Source: Octopus sinensis
Lineage: Eukaryota
Length of the DNA stretch: 64,000 bases
Reading direction: 5' to 3'
Assembly: GCF_006345805.1 (NCBI RefSeq)
Contig: NC_042997.1
Location: 15,872,001-15,936,000, forward strand
In this document: positions 24,669 through 38,099 of the stretch, piece after piece
Layout: every line of letters begins with the position of its first letter
Numbering within the stretch: position 1 is the stretch's first letter
The notes under the pieces: generated by a model
Told to the model about the DNA's origin: nothing
Seen by the model: only the letters and a program-made list of their open reading frames with translations
Databases searched by the model: none
Made by a program: the position numbers and the translations under genes

Positions 24669-25064
24669 TCTTTATATATAAAAGTGAGGTTGTGTGCTGT
24701 CTGTCTCCTACGATTTAGATTCCTAACTACTCCCTACTAACTGCGGTGCAGTTTAACCAAAACCGGGTATCTTATGGTCGTGATTCATATCGAGCCCTTC
24801 TGGGTATTAGCGCGCGTCTACGATGAGTCTACGATTTTAAAATAAATTTACCATCAATTTTCCCATTTTTAATGCATTTTTGGCATATATAAGGGAAGTA
24901 ACTCTCTAAAAATTTATCATTAAATCTCAGAACGTAAAAAGCTACAGTAACCCCCCCCCTTTGTGGTTAGCCATATTGAGATGGCTATTATACTTTACAT
25001 CTCTAAAAATGCTTATATAGTTATTTCCCTTACAAACCCGAGCAACGCCGGGCGATACTGCTAG
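24669..25064 (+). mobile_element. Non-autonomous Helitron
   Basis: A|TC ... hairpin ... CTAG|T; termini as in 11368-11764. Confidence 0.88.
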
Positions 25065-25284
25065 TCCTATATAAATCGAAAGTGAGTGTATTGTCATGGT
25101 TTCGATTGCATTGATCGTAAGTTTGCTCAATCAAGATCGATCTGGGGGGGGGGGGGGAACAATAGTAATAACCAAACCGCCGTGTTATAATTATTTAGAA
25201 AATGAGCGTTCGCATGTTCACACACACATATGAGGGAGGGTGTTGGGGGATGAGAGAGAAAGAAGAAAAACCCAAGAAAGGCAT

Positions 25285-25452
25285 AGGAGTGGCTGTGTGG
25301 TAAGTAGCTCGCTTATCAACCACATGGTTCCGGGTTCAGTCCCACTGTGTTGGCACCTTGGGCAAGTATCTTTTGCTATAGCCTCGGGCCGACCAAAGCC
25401 TTGTGAGTGGATTTGGTAGACGGAAACTGAAAGAAGCCCGTCGTATATATGC

Positions 25453-25483
<31 letters not shown>

Positions 25484-25734
25484 GTGTGTGTGTGTGTGTG
25501 ATGATTGTGTGTCTGTGTTTGTCCTCCCAACATCGCTTGACAACCGATGCTGGTGTGTTTACGCCCCCGTAACTTAGCGGTTCAGCAAAAGAGACCGATA
25601 GAATAAGTACTAGGCTTACAAAGAATAAATCCTCGGGTCGATTTTTCTCGACTAAAGGCGGTGCTCCAGCATGGCCACAGTCAAATGACTGATACAAGTA
25701 AAAGAGTAAAAAGAGTAAAGAGTAAAGAGTAAAG
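25285..25734 (+). mobile_element. SINE family A
   Basis: Full length; tail of (GTAAAAGA)n repeats. Confidence 0.9.
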
Positions 25735-26200
25735 TGAGGTAGTAGAAATAAGCGTATTAAAACTAGTAAAGCAGCAATAGATTCATTGATAAATGTACAA
25801 TTTAAAGACGAAGAAGGAAGGACAAAGTCACACTCTGAAAAGAAATCGAGAAAGAAGAGCAGATATAGAGACTCATACCGCCAATGCAGAGAGAGCTAAT
25901 CAAAATTCAAATAAAGTAAAATGGTGAACAAAATTGAATAAACAGATTCAATTTTTTTTCCTTCTCCAGTTACCGAAAAAAGTGAAATCAGTTTACTAAG
26001 TGTTCGTATTTTTTCCTACTAAATGCCTTTGAAGAACTCTTAGATAAAGTATAAACCTTTGACGCAAAGATGTTAGGAGTGAGGAATATAAATATTCAAA
26101 GGGGTATCTAAAGTAATTCAAGGGACCTCCGAAGAGATCGAAGATATTCAAATAAATTCAAATAAATTCAACACATACAAGTATAATATATTTAGTCTGT

Positions 26201-26553
26201 GTGGAGGCGCAATGGCCCAGTGGTTAGGGCAGCGGACTCGCGGTCATAGGATCGCGGTTTCGATTCCCAGACCGGGCGTTGTGAGTGTTTATTGAGCAAA
26301 AACACCTAAAAGTTCCACGAGGCTCCGGCAGGGGATGGTGGTGATCCCTGCTGTACTCTTTCACCACAACTTTCTCTCACTCTTACTTCCCGTTTCTGTT
26401 GTACCTGTATTTCAAAGGGCCGGCTTTGTCACTCTCTGTGTCACGCTGAATATCCCCGAGAACTACGTTAAGGGTACACGTGTCTGTGGAGTGCTCAGCC
26501 ACTTACACGTTAATTTCACGAGCAGGCTGTTCCGTAACCGACGGAGTGCTTCC
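26201..26553 (+). mobile_element. SINE family B1
   Basis: Near-identical to 2335-2722 except a ~30-bp deletion near the 3' end. Confidence 0.9.
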
Positions 26554-26757
26554 ATATACATTTAGGCTGTAGGGAAATTAAAGCTCAGTAAAATGGACAT
26601 GTTTCAGTAAGGACATTTCGAAATGAATTCAAACCAAATATTTAACATGTTAAGTCAAGACGTTTGTACGAAGATCTTTTTTTTTTCCATGGGTACATTA
26701 ATGATACACTCTAATTCCTCTAGAATATGGTTTTACAAACTTGGAGTTTACAGACGG

Positions 26758-26795
<38 letters not shown>

Positions 26796-27019
26796 ATGCG
26801 TGTCTGTGCGTGTAGGCGAAATGCATAACGACATTTCGTCTGTCTTCACGTTCAAATTCCGCCGAGGTCGACTTTGCCTTTCATCCTACCGAAGTCGAGA
26901 AAATAAGTACTGGTTGGTTGAGTACTGGGGTTGATGTAATCCACTATTTCCCTCCCCCCCAATTTTCAGGCTTTGAGCTTATAGTAGAAAAGATTATTAT
27001 TATTATTATTATTATTATG

Positions 27020-27445
27020 TCGTGATTCCCACAGAGCTTCCAATGGATTATTCTCGCCACATTATCATGGCGTCGCTTGTATTCGCATTGTGCCAATTTC
27101 GGGCATTCGCTGACGATGTGCAATACCTATTTTTTTACTACCCACAAGGGGCTAAACACAGAGAGGACAAACAAGGACAAACGGTTTAAGTCGATTACAT
27201 CGACCCCAGTGCGTAACTGGTACTTAATTTATAGACCCCGAAAGGATGAAAGGCCAAGTCGGCCTTGGCGGAATTTGAACTCAGAACCTAACGGCAGACG
27301 AAATACGGCTACGCATTTCGCCCGGCGTGCTAACGGTTCTGCCAGCTCGCCGCCTTACCGTTTCACCCTTCTCACCAGACATTCTATATTTGTGGCTATT
27401 GGTTGTGTTGTCAATTCTGCACTTCATATAATTGGTCCTTAACGC
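27020..27445 (-). pseudogene. R4/Dong-clade non-LTR retrotransposon fragment (zinc knuckle region)
   Basis: After removing the SINE: RTNYMKCRID...GEKGETVLHIVSECPKLAQCEYKRRHDNVARIIHWKLC (CCHC remnant plus RHD); ends in (AAT)n. Confidence 0.8.
27128..27355 (-). mobile_element. SINE family C
   Basis: Full length; 4-bp TSD TACC inside the R4 fragment. Confidence 0.9.
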
Positions 27446-27954
27446 TTGTTATCATCATCATCATCATCATCATTCTTAGACTTCTTCGTAGTAGTAGTAG
27501 TAGTAGTAGTTGTTGTTGTTGTTGTTGTTATAAGAATGACTACTAACTACTTCGCAATTATTACGAAAATACTCATTCTGTGCAATTCTATTAGCAGAAA
27601 GATCAATAAAAGGAAAAAAAGAAATCAAGTTTAATGGCATAATGCAATGATAAATAACTACATCAAGAAAGAAGGACGCACATGAATGTAAAATCAAGGC
27701 AAATATTAAAAATGTAATATATTATGTATATATATATTTCAGTATTAAAGTTCATTATACTTTCAAGTGTCCTCCATTTTATCTATCTATCTATCAGTCT
27801 CTTTGTCTGTCTGTCTATCTGTCTGTCCATCTGCCTTCGTGCCTGCCTGTCTGTCTATTTCTCTCTCTCTCTCTCTCCCTCTTTCTCTGTATATATATAT
27901 ATTATATATATATATAAATATATGAAAGAATGGAGTTGAACGACGAATTAACAA

Positions 27955-28056
27955 AATTCCTTTATTTTCGACATATGTTTCGAAGGCTGCATATTCCTAA
28001 TTGCGAAGGAATAAGGAGTATACTATGCCGCTTTCTCATCAGGAAAAGCAAGGAAC
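27955..28056 (-). ncRNA. Type I hammerhead ribozyme motif (Penelope/retrozyme-like)
   Basis: CTGATGA, 12-bp stem II with 2 mismatches, GAAA, palindromic mini stem III ACATATGT, GTC cleavage triplet, stem I of 4 bp + internal loop + 8 bp. Confidence 0.8.
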
Positions 28057-28093
28057 TTATGTCAACATCAAGATAATTCATTAAACTACTCAA

Positions 28094-28154
<61 letters not shown>

Positions 28155-28659
28155 TATATATAACGTATCTATCTTTACGCACACACATACACACACGTAT
28201 GTATATATGTCAATTTATCTATCATTACTCACGCACACATACCCGCACTCATTCACACACACACATGTAAATACATATGCATGTATATATTTAATTTTTC
28301 TCTCACTTTTCTTTTTACTCTCTCCATCTTTTCTGTAGAAGAGCGCAGACTCAAAATATGAAAAACTTCTTCCATTTTTTCCTGAGTTTCAAATTAATAC
28401 TCAATGTTTGTTGTTCTCTCGCTTGTCTCTGTCTTTTGTCTTTTGTTTAGAAAAATTATTTTGCTAATGTTTTTAACTAAGTTTTTAAACACTTTGGGGG
28501 GATGGCAGGAACCCACATTAATATAAATAAGTCTATCGTTGGGCTAAGGATACATCTAGGAAATTGACAACCGTTAGGCTGGTATCTGTAGTTATGCTAC
28601 AGATGTTTAGTATAATTTGTATTTAAAATGTAGCCGTTAATATACAGTTTATTTTCTGG

Positions 28660-29002
28660 CCAGAAGAAACGCTACAAGGACTCCCAGAAATCGAACCTCA
28701 AAAGTGTGACATTGACTTCACCAACTGGGAGGAAACGGCAAAAACAGACCACTCTGGAAAACTATCATCCATGAGGGAACGGCGAATTTCGAGTCGAAAA
28801 GGTCTGCAGAGCTGGAGGAGAAAAGACGAAGACGGAAGGAGCGTCAACAACAATCACGTGCGACTCTCCCTTCCGGCACTAGATGTCCGCACTGTGACCG
28901 ATCTTTTCGAGCAAGAATTGGTCTTATCAGTCACCTGCGGACTCACCAATAAATTTGCGCGAAGACCATCATCCTCGACCTTGAGGGATTGCCAAGAGAG
29001 AG
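28660..29002 (+). pseudogene. RTE (BovB-like) LINE 3' end
   Basis: QKKRYKDSQKSNLK...WEETA...CPHCDRSFRARIGLISHLRTHQ* (stop 28950-28952), short 3' UTR with CCTC-GACCTT-GAGG hairpin and (GA) tail. Confidence 0.85.
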
Positions 29003-29127
29003 ATTTTCTGGTGGTTAATTATTGTAAATAATTGAATCCGCTGCAGATTAAAAAATATTACAGTTAAGGAACGCAAAGTGTGAATGGTTTACGTTATTCT
29101 TTATTGATTTTGTTGATATGTATAAAT

Positions 29128-29381
29128 ATCCCGTGATCACGTGATCGACCAGACTATTGGATATGATATTGTCATACATCTCTGGTCACAATGCGCTTTG
29201 CGTCGTTTTTTTTTTTTAGCTTTCGAATGATGCCACCCTGCTGTCCAAGTGAGCAGGCCAACATTGCCCCCCTAACTGGAAGTCTAGTCCATCACACAAC
29301 GCGCCGCCCAGTCCGGAAATCGAACCCACGATTTGACGATCGTGAGTGCAACATCCTAACCACTAGTCCACGCGCCTTCAC
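29128..29381 (-). mobile_element. SINE with E-like head and B2 tail
   Basis: tRNA-like head at 29381 end, CACGTGAT tail at 29128 end. Confidence 0.7.
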
Positions 29382-29861
29382 TTGAATAAATATAATATAA
29401 TCTTTTCTACTCTATGCACAAGGTCCGACCCGAAATTTTTTTGGCGGGGGACCAGTCGATTAGCTCGACCCTAATACGCAGCTGGCACTTAATTCATCGA
29501 CCTCAAAAGGATGAAAGGCAAAGTCGACCTCGGCAGAATTTGAACTCCGAACGTAAAGACAGACGAACATGAATAAATACAATATAACATAAATAGCTAC
29601 GACAAGCACATTTACAAACATTGCCCATGACTGAGGAAATGTGGACAAGATTGCTTACTGTAATTGAACCTCGTACCAGTAGAATAACTGGTAAATTGGC
29701 TCACATTTGATACTTTTATTAAAAATCTTTACGCATTTCATTTTTAACCCTATATAGTTAGGCTGGAACAATAAAGTTCTTGTATCTCTCAACACGTTCT
29801 ATATTTCCTCGGTTTTATCTCCAGGCTGAAATTCTTAGTTGGCGTTCCTTTTAATTACCAC

Positions 29862-29943
<82 letters not shown>

Positions 29944-29944
29944 G

Positions 29945-30002
<58 letters not shown>

Positions 30003-30067
30003 GGTCCCGGGTTGAGTCGGGGTTAACCACAGTAAATAAGGTACTCAATACATAGCAGAGTAAATTA

Positions 30068-30163
30068 ATTATTTTATAGAAGGAGTTTCTACAGGACTAG
30101 AACTGTTTCATTCTTTTGAATGAAACAGTTCTAGTCCTGTAGAAACTCCTTCTATAAAATAAT
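30068..30163. repeat. Perfect 46-bp-arm foldback with TTTT loop
   Basis: Arms 30068-30113 and 30118-30163 are exact reverse complements. Confidence 0.95.
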
Positions 30164-31025
30164 ATATATATATATATATATCCTTAAATCCTTAAAAATG
30201 TTTCAGCACGAAGGCTGCGGCCATGCTGGGGCACCGGGTGGAAGTAATCATAGAAATGATGTTATTAATGATATCGTCATTGCTAGATTTATAATTCAGT
30301 TGAATTTCATCATTTAACATACTTTGAATATCAATTCATTCTATTTTTAGATATGAATTTTACGATAAGGAATAATTCACGAAGTACATTCATATACCTT
30401 GAAATCACCAACGATTGCCTTTTTATTCACAGAGATAAGTTGACCGATATTTATATGAAATGTCAGTCGTAAAAGCCTTAAGATAAGCCTTTTTGTTTTT
30501 TGCTGAGATTCAAAATGCTTAAAAAAACAAACAAAAATCAACGGAGCGCTAAAGAGTTAAATATGGGTTTCAGATATTTGCACAAGCAATTTCGGGGCAG
30601 GGGAGAGTCGATTATATCGACCCCAGTGCTCAACTGTTACTTACTTTATCGACCCGAAAAGCAAAGTTACCCACGGCGGAATTTGAACGCAAAAGGTAAG
30701 GACCAACGAAATGTCACTAATTATTTTGCTTGGCGTGCTAACGGTTCAGACAACTCGCCGTCTTTGATGAGTTAAATATTAGATACCCAAAGAAATTTGT
30801 AGACAAAGCTGAGAACAAAAAACAAAATGATAACAAATTCACTTTCCCCCAAAATATAGCAGTTAAAAACCATACAAACCACACAGAGTGCTTAACCTTG
30901 CATCAACCAAATACATCATAGTGATAAACAGATGAATACGTTATTAAAAAAATAGCAATAAACTCGTAAAACAGAACAATTGTATGCGTTACACCTAATG
31001 ACATTCAATAGTAAGAATATGTTAT

Positions 31026-31445
31026 CAGGAGTGGCTGTGTGGTAAGTAGGTTGTTTACCAACCACATGGTTCCGGGTTCAGTCCCACTGTGTGGCACCTT
31101 GGGCAAGTGTCTTCTGCTATAGCCTCGGGCCGACCAAAGCCTTGTGAGTGGATTTGGTAGACGGAAACTGAAAGAAGCCCGTCGTATATATGTATATATA
31201 TATATATATATGCGTGTGTGTGTTTTTGTGTCTGTGATTGTCTCCCTAGCATTGCTTGACAACCGATGCTGGTGTGTTTATGTCCCCGTTACTTAGCGGT
31301 TCGGCAAAAGAGACCGATAGAATAAGTACTGGGCTTACAAAAGAATAAGTCCCGGGGTCGAGTTGCTCGATTTAAGGCGGTGCTCCAGCATGGCCGCAGT
31401 CAACTGACTGAAACAAGTAAAAGAGTAAAAGAGTAAAAAGAGTAA
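31026..31445 (+). mobile_element. SINE family A
   Basis: Full length. Confidence 0.9.
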
Positions 31446-32149
31446 GCAAAGATTTTTAAAATATCTTTCTCAATACGAAATCAGAATTCTCTGGACCGCA
31501 GAACTTAGGTTGGACAGCGATTGCAAGATACAAACTACTCTTTAAATATGAAAACTTGTAAACTTCGTGATTCAATTGTTACGTTGAACGTAAAAATATG
31601 ACACTTTCTAACCAGTTGATCATGCGTTTTCAACAAAGAACTATTGCATCATGTTACTTTACAGAACACAAAGGAAAACTAGACTATTGTGTTAGAGTTG
31701 ATAACACAACGAATTTATATTTAATTTCATAAATAAAAAAAAATTAGAAGATTGGCATGGAGGTTCGATCAATCAGTTGAATTCATTTTCAATATATTTT
31801 TACATCGAAGAGTGGCACCTCGGTCAGGAGGGTCATCCATCAGCAAAAATTATATGACGCTGTTACAATTTTACCATCTAAAGTGTTCAAGAATAAATTC
31901 AATCATAATACTCTTAAATTAAGTTTCTAAACACATATTAATTAAACAGAAGCTGCATTCCTTTTTACACAACCATAATTTATTATTCATTCCGTATGTA
32001 ATATACACATACAGAGACACATATAAACCTTAATGTAAATGTGATTATGTATGTACATGTATAAGCATGTATAAGTATATATAAGTATAATTTTAATCCA
32101 AACGGGAAAACAAAAAAACAACAACAGTGGAACAATTACAGTATTATTA

Positions 32150-32288
32150 TTAATAGGCGCTCAGGAAATATGGAAGCAGGAAGGTATGACGTTTCGAGCG
32201 GAGCTCTTCGTCGGAAACATAAAGAAGGAAGAGAGAGGAAAGAAAGATCCCAAAGTGGGCAACAAGAGATGGAGAAAAAAAACGACTG

Positions 32289-32320
<32 letters not shown>

Positions 32321-32620
32321 ATGCATGTCCCATCAACAACGTAGATATGTGCTTTAGGGCCTACATAGTATATGAAGTGGTCTGGCGCAAATGTGACGCA
32401 TCCTACATAGGGAGCATCATCAGAAAACTGCACAATCGTATCAATGACCACTTACGTACAAACACTTCAGTTTATAAACAACGGCTGAAGTGTCAGAGCC
32501 AAGAATTTACTATAACTATCAGATCCACGGAATACAACACAGACAATCTTAGATTCTAGGAATCTATCTTATGATAAGACCATTGCACAACAGACAAGAA
32601 CTACATGACTGCATCCCCAA
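32150..32620 (+). pseudogene. Penelope-like element fragment (GIY-YIG endonuclease) with inverted hammerhead-like remnant
   Basis: VYEVVWRKCDASYIGSIIRKLHNRINDHL at about 32365-32455; minus-strand CCGACGAA-GAGC/TCC/GCTC-GAAACGTC at 32188-32214. Confidence 0.75.
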
Positions 32621-32960
32621 AATGTCCAATGCCATTCCTTGCATATCTGGTTTTATATCAGAGTTACCTTCTCCTAGAGCCATGCTTCAACAGAAGCACG
32701 CCGGACTTCTAGCACGCCGGACACCATCCCGGAATTTCTGCATACCCGTACTATTGCTAGATAGCCGTTGAGCCTGCATATACATACATATATATATATT
32801 TGTGTGAGTGTGTGTGTGAAATTTATACATAAAATGTATAATATTATTTCAAAAGTATATTCGCTCCGATCGGTTTATATTCACCTTCTTATTTCACTTA
32901 TGTTCTATACCGGTTAAAGAAGCGAATGGTCGCAGAAGCATCCTAATGTCCCTGAAGATT

Positions 32961-33264
32961 GTTTGTTCCTTCTCGAGCCATGCCTGGCTCATAAGGGCCG
33001 GTTTCCCGGTTTCCTTGGCGTATAGGATTCCCCCACCTGGACGGGACACCGGTCCGTCGCAGGTGAGCTGCAAGATGCAGGAGGAAAGAGTGAGAGAAAG
33101 TTGTGGCGAAAGAGTCATCAGAAGTTCGCCATTACTTTCTGCCGGAGCCGCGTGTAGCTTAGGTGTTTCGCTCATAAACACACACGTCGCCCGGTCTGAG
33201 ATTCGAACACGCGATCCCTCGACCGCGAGCTCGCTGCTCTAACCACTAGGCCATGTTCCTCCAG
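32961..33264 (-). mobile_element. SINE family B3 (B-like head, third tail)
   Basis: Approximately 16-bp TSD AATGT(C/T)CCTGAAG(A/G)TT; homologous to 57101-57335. Confidence 0.8.
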
Positions 33265-33519
33265 AATGTTCCTGAAGGTTAGAGTAAAGTAAATCTGTAC
33301 ATTTCCCCCTTTATATTGGCATTTTCGAAATTCTGTTTATTTATTTCACAATGACATTGGCCATGGTCCTAGCTAATTTCTATTTAGTTATATAGCACTC
33401 TCATTGAATAAATACATCAATTAGACGAATCACAATGTACCTTCGATGGTTCATGTATATCAAATGATTACACACCTACACACACCATGCACGTGTGAGT
33501 GTCTGTGTGTGAGTATTTG

Positions 33520-33557
<38 letters not shown>

Positions 33558-34389
33558 ATATTATATATATATATATATATATATGCATTCATACAATACA
33601 CACACACACTTATATATATATATATTATATATATATATATTATATATATATATATTATATATATAAATGCATGCCTTCGAGTATGTACACGCATGCGTAC
33701 CTACGTATATGAATATCAACACACTTGTTTAGCCATTCACACATTTTTCTCACAAAACAAATATTATGAATTCGATGTGCGTGTAAACTATTGATCTTCT
33801 TTCGATTCTTCATTGATCGGATGCAGTCATCACCATGCCTGGCTAACTACTAACTGCACACTTCTTTTGATATAACCATTAATTATTTAGGCACTGGGAT
33901 TGCGTGCGAGAATCGAACTGTATTGGGGGTGAAGAGTATCGATCAATAATTTTCAACGTGTAATCTACAAATTGTGATTTATTTATATTTATTTATTTAG
34001 TTAGTTTTTGTTTTATGTATTTTCTTTCATTTTTGATTTACGCTAAAAATCAGTGTTTATAGTATCAATCAATTTTCGTTTGAGAAGTTCGATTTTTAAA
34101 CCTCTCTAAAACAGGAGGTTTTAATGTTCTTATTCAGATACATACACACATACAGACTTACATTCCCGTGTAATTATCTGTATATTTTATTATAAATTCA
34201 TATGATATTGTTATATTTATATTGATTATGGATATGAATATTTTTAAACATGTACGCACAAACATACTGAAAGACATACGTACTAATATTTATAAATTAG
34301 AATACGTACAATCACACGCATACACACATATATATATGCGTTTATAAATGTAGTATGTATATATATATGCATGTATGCATATATGTATG

Positions 34390-34421
<32 letters not shown>

Positions 34422-34474
34422 CATATGAGCATATATGTATATTTGTAATATATATATATATGTACATATGATAT

Positions 34475-34518
<44 letters not shown>

Positions 34519-34540
34519 AGGGTATGTATATATACATACA

Positions 34541-34585
<45 letters not shown>

Positions 34586-34641
34586 CACCATATATATATA
34601 TATAATATATATATATATATATTATATATATATGTAGATAT

Positions 34642-34673
<32 letters not shown>

Positions 34674-35510
34674 CATGCACATACACATATACATATACAC
34701 ATGTTTCATTATGTGTACGCAGATGTATACTACGCATTTATTAGATTTAAGTTGAATTTGTGTCTATACCAAAACTGTGCGTGGTTACATGAATATGTAC
34801 TTACGTATGTATGTGTGTGTGTATGTTTGTGTGTGTGTGTGCATGTATGTATGCCTGCGTGTATGTATGTATGCATGTATGTATGTATGTATGTATGTAT
34901 GTATGTATGTATGTATGTATGTATGTATGAGTGTGTGTGTGTGTGTGTGAATGTATAGGTATGTATAAACGGAAATCTAGTGTAAATTCTATACAATAAA
35001 AAAAAAAACTGGATCACTATATATTTCCGCTATACACGCCTCTGTTTCTCCACTATATATATATATGAGTCTAATCGTGTTTGCTTTTGAATGAGTGAGT
35101 ATGTGTTTGTGCATAATTGTTGGTGCGTTTGTGTACTTACACCTGTGGGTGTGTATGTATGAAATCTTATGAGTTGCTGCAAAAGAACTAGGTTTATGTG
35201 TAGTGCTCACTGTGTGTACATATGTGTTGATGTTTGTGGTAACGTGGGTATGTATGCGCTTGAATGTGTTCGTATATGAGCCTGCGGTATGTCTGGCTGT
35301 GTATATAATCTGTGGGTGTTCTCATATTCGCACGGTTAAACAAATGAAGCTGTAGAGAGATTTTTTTTGTTCTTTTTTTTACTTGCAAGTTCGAACACGA
35401 AAGTTAACTCACACGCGCGTATATACAAGTATGTGCACATATAACATATACCCATTCATATATATATATATATATTATATATAATATATATTATATATAT
35501 AATATATATA

Positions 35511-35544
<34 letters not shown>

Positions 35545-35560
35545 GTATATGTATGTATAT

Positions 35561-35599
<39 letters not shown>

Positions 35600-35673
35600 T
35601 CGTGTATATGTATATACATTGCACACACATATAGCTATAGATATGCACACATATATTTGTGTGTGTGTGTGTA

Positions 35674-35707
<34 letters not shown>

Positions 35708-35948
35708 CGTATATATATATATGCATATATATGTATATGTATGTATATATACAAATATAGCTATCTCTCTCTAGCTATCTCTCTCTCCCTCCCCTCTCTC
35801 TCTATATATATATATTTGAGTGTGTTTGTATGCACGTATCTCTGCATATTTCTGTGTATGCGTGTATGTGCGTGTTAATTTAAATATGCATGTGCACACA
35901 CAAACACACGCACAAACACACACACACTCACACAAACACATACACACA

Positions 35949-36001
<53 letters not shown>

Positions 36002-36253
36002 TATATATTATATATATATATATATGAATATATATATACGTATATATATGAATATTTATATCTGAGTATCTATGTATGTGTGTGTGTGTATGTGTGTGTG
36101 TGTGTGTGTGGTGTGTGTGTGTGTACATGTAGGGAGTAAAGCATGCCTACAAAGCACTTGAAGCGGTTTTAGTAAGAAGCTGGTGTGCATGGAGAAGATC
36201 CCAATCACTGCACACCGTAGAACCAGGAAGAAAAACGTAAGCTGGTTTAATCA

Positions 36254-36306
<53 letters not shown>

Positions 36307-36379
36307 ATATATACATACATACATATAATCATTATATAACTTGAACGTTATCAGGAACAGAGCCACGATCTTTCTAGTT

Positions 36380-36850
36380 TTAGTATGATACCACTTCTCT
36401 TCAAGCAACAATCTCAATAAACATTTGAACGCTCACAACGTGAAAGTCAGCTATTCTTGCTTGGAAAATACCGTTTTCCCGATCACTGACTACAGTGGAA
36501 TGCACATATCCACACAGGCATGAGTCAACATCTAACTTGAAGCACAACATCTTTCCTGACTTTTCAAACTCTGTCTGTCTGAAACAATTTGATACTGAGT
36601 AATCACAACAAACTGGATCGTATTAGTAATAATTTCAAAAGATTTGCTGTGGATACTTTCAAGAGGCGTTCCTACCAACTACTTTACTCATCTAAATAAA
36701 AATACATGAAAAACCGTTGCACCTGGAAACTCAGAGACCAATTATATGAACGCCTTACAATAACAAAGCAAACCCTGGATGAAGCTACTCTATACCATTA
36801 CGGATCACAAATCCTCAAGTTTTGTCTAACGGGAAAAGAAATTATTAATA
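36380..36850 (+). pseudogene. Degraded Penelope-like linker/GIY-YIG remnant
   Basis: NLNKHLNAHNVKVSYSCLEN resembles the PLE K.FN...VK.SYSC motif; downstream traces fit the GIY-YIG region; heavily frameshifted. Confidence 0.45.
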
Positions 36851-37149
36851 AAATAGTCAGGGATGATATTTAGGTTAGAGATATTGTATAACTGTCGTCA
36901 TCGGAAACTTCTTCAGGATACCATACTTATATTCAGGATACACGTAATTATATTTATGTTCTATTATACGTATTCTACTTATTGTATAACATTTACTATT
37001 TTATGTACACTCCTTCATGTACACTGCTTTACTCTGCATTATTATGTTTAACCTTATAGTTTCTTATATAGTGGTTTAATAAAGTATGTGATTGAGTATT
37101 ATCTGGTAATTGATATTTGATTTCGATGCATTTCTCCATTTTCTTATTT

Positions 37150-37211
<62 letters not shown>

Positions 37212-37304
37212 ATTGCAAATATATATATAATACACGTATACTTTTATTCTTTTACTTGTTTCAGTTATGTAACTGCGGCCATGCTGGAGCACCGCCTTAT
37301 ATTT

Positions 37305-37715
37305 TTCTTTAATTCTTTTACTTGTTTCAGTCATTTGGCTGTGACCATGCTGGGGGCACCGTCTTGAAGAATTTTAGCTGACGAATCGACCTCAGTACTT
37401 ATTCTTTTGTTAAGTCTGGTACTTATTCTATCGGTCTCTTTGCTGAACCCTTAAGTTACGGTGACAGAAACACACCACCACCGGCTTTCAAGCAGTGGTG
37501 GGGTTAAGTACACACACACACGCATGCACACACACACATGCCCGTACACACACATACGACGAGCTTCTTTCAGTTTCCGTCCAGCACATCCACTCACAAG
37601 GCTTTGGTCAGCCTGAGGCTATAGCAGAAGACACTTGCCCAAGGTGCCACGCAGTGGGAATGACCCCGGAACTATGTGGTTGGGAAAAAAGCTTCTTACC
37701 AGGCAGCCATACCTG
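37305..37715 (-). mobile_element. SINE family A-related (diverged)
   Basis: Degenerate full-length homology. Confidence 0.75.
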
Positions 37716-37948
37716 AGCCTACATGTGTTTATATATGTAGACATATATACACATACATTATTTTAAATGATTTTGTGTATGTATTGTTTCTAAAGCCAAA
37801 ACTGCAAGTGAAAATAATACAGGTTGACTGCTTTACTTGGTATTTAAATATTTTGGGGTTAAGGCCTCTTCTTCAGGAAATTGTTGGAGAAAATTTTTTA
37901 TTCACTAACTTCTCTGTTCTTCCGTGTGTGTGTGTGTGTTGTGTGTGT

Positions 37949-37994
<46 letters not shown>

Positions 37995-38099
37995 AACCGT
38001 TGGTAAGCGTCGCTACAGTAAACAACCAGCTGAATATAGCTCTGATCTGTTATTAATACGTGGTGTGCATTTAATTAAAAAAAATGCTTCTTTTATTCT

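Noticed and set aside
33500-36330. Irregular phase shifts (TATAATAT, TATTAT) within (TA)n tracts as a coded pattern
   Set aside because: Single-base losses in long dinucleotide runs are typical of slippage or long-read consensus error; no consistent periodicity
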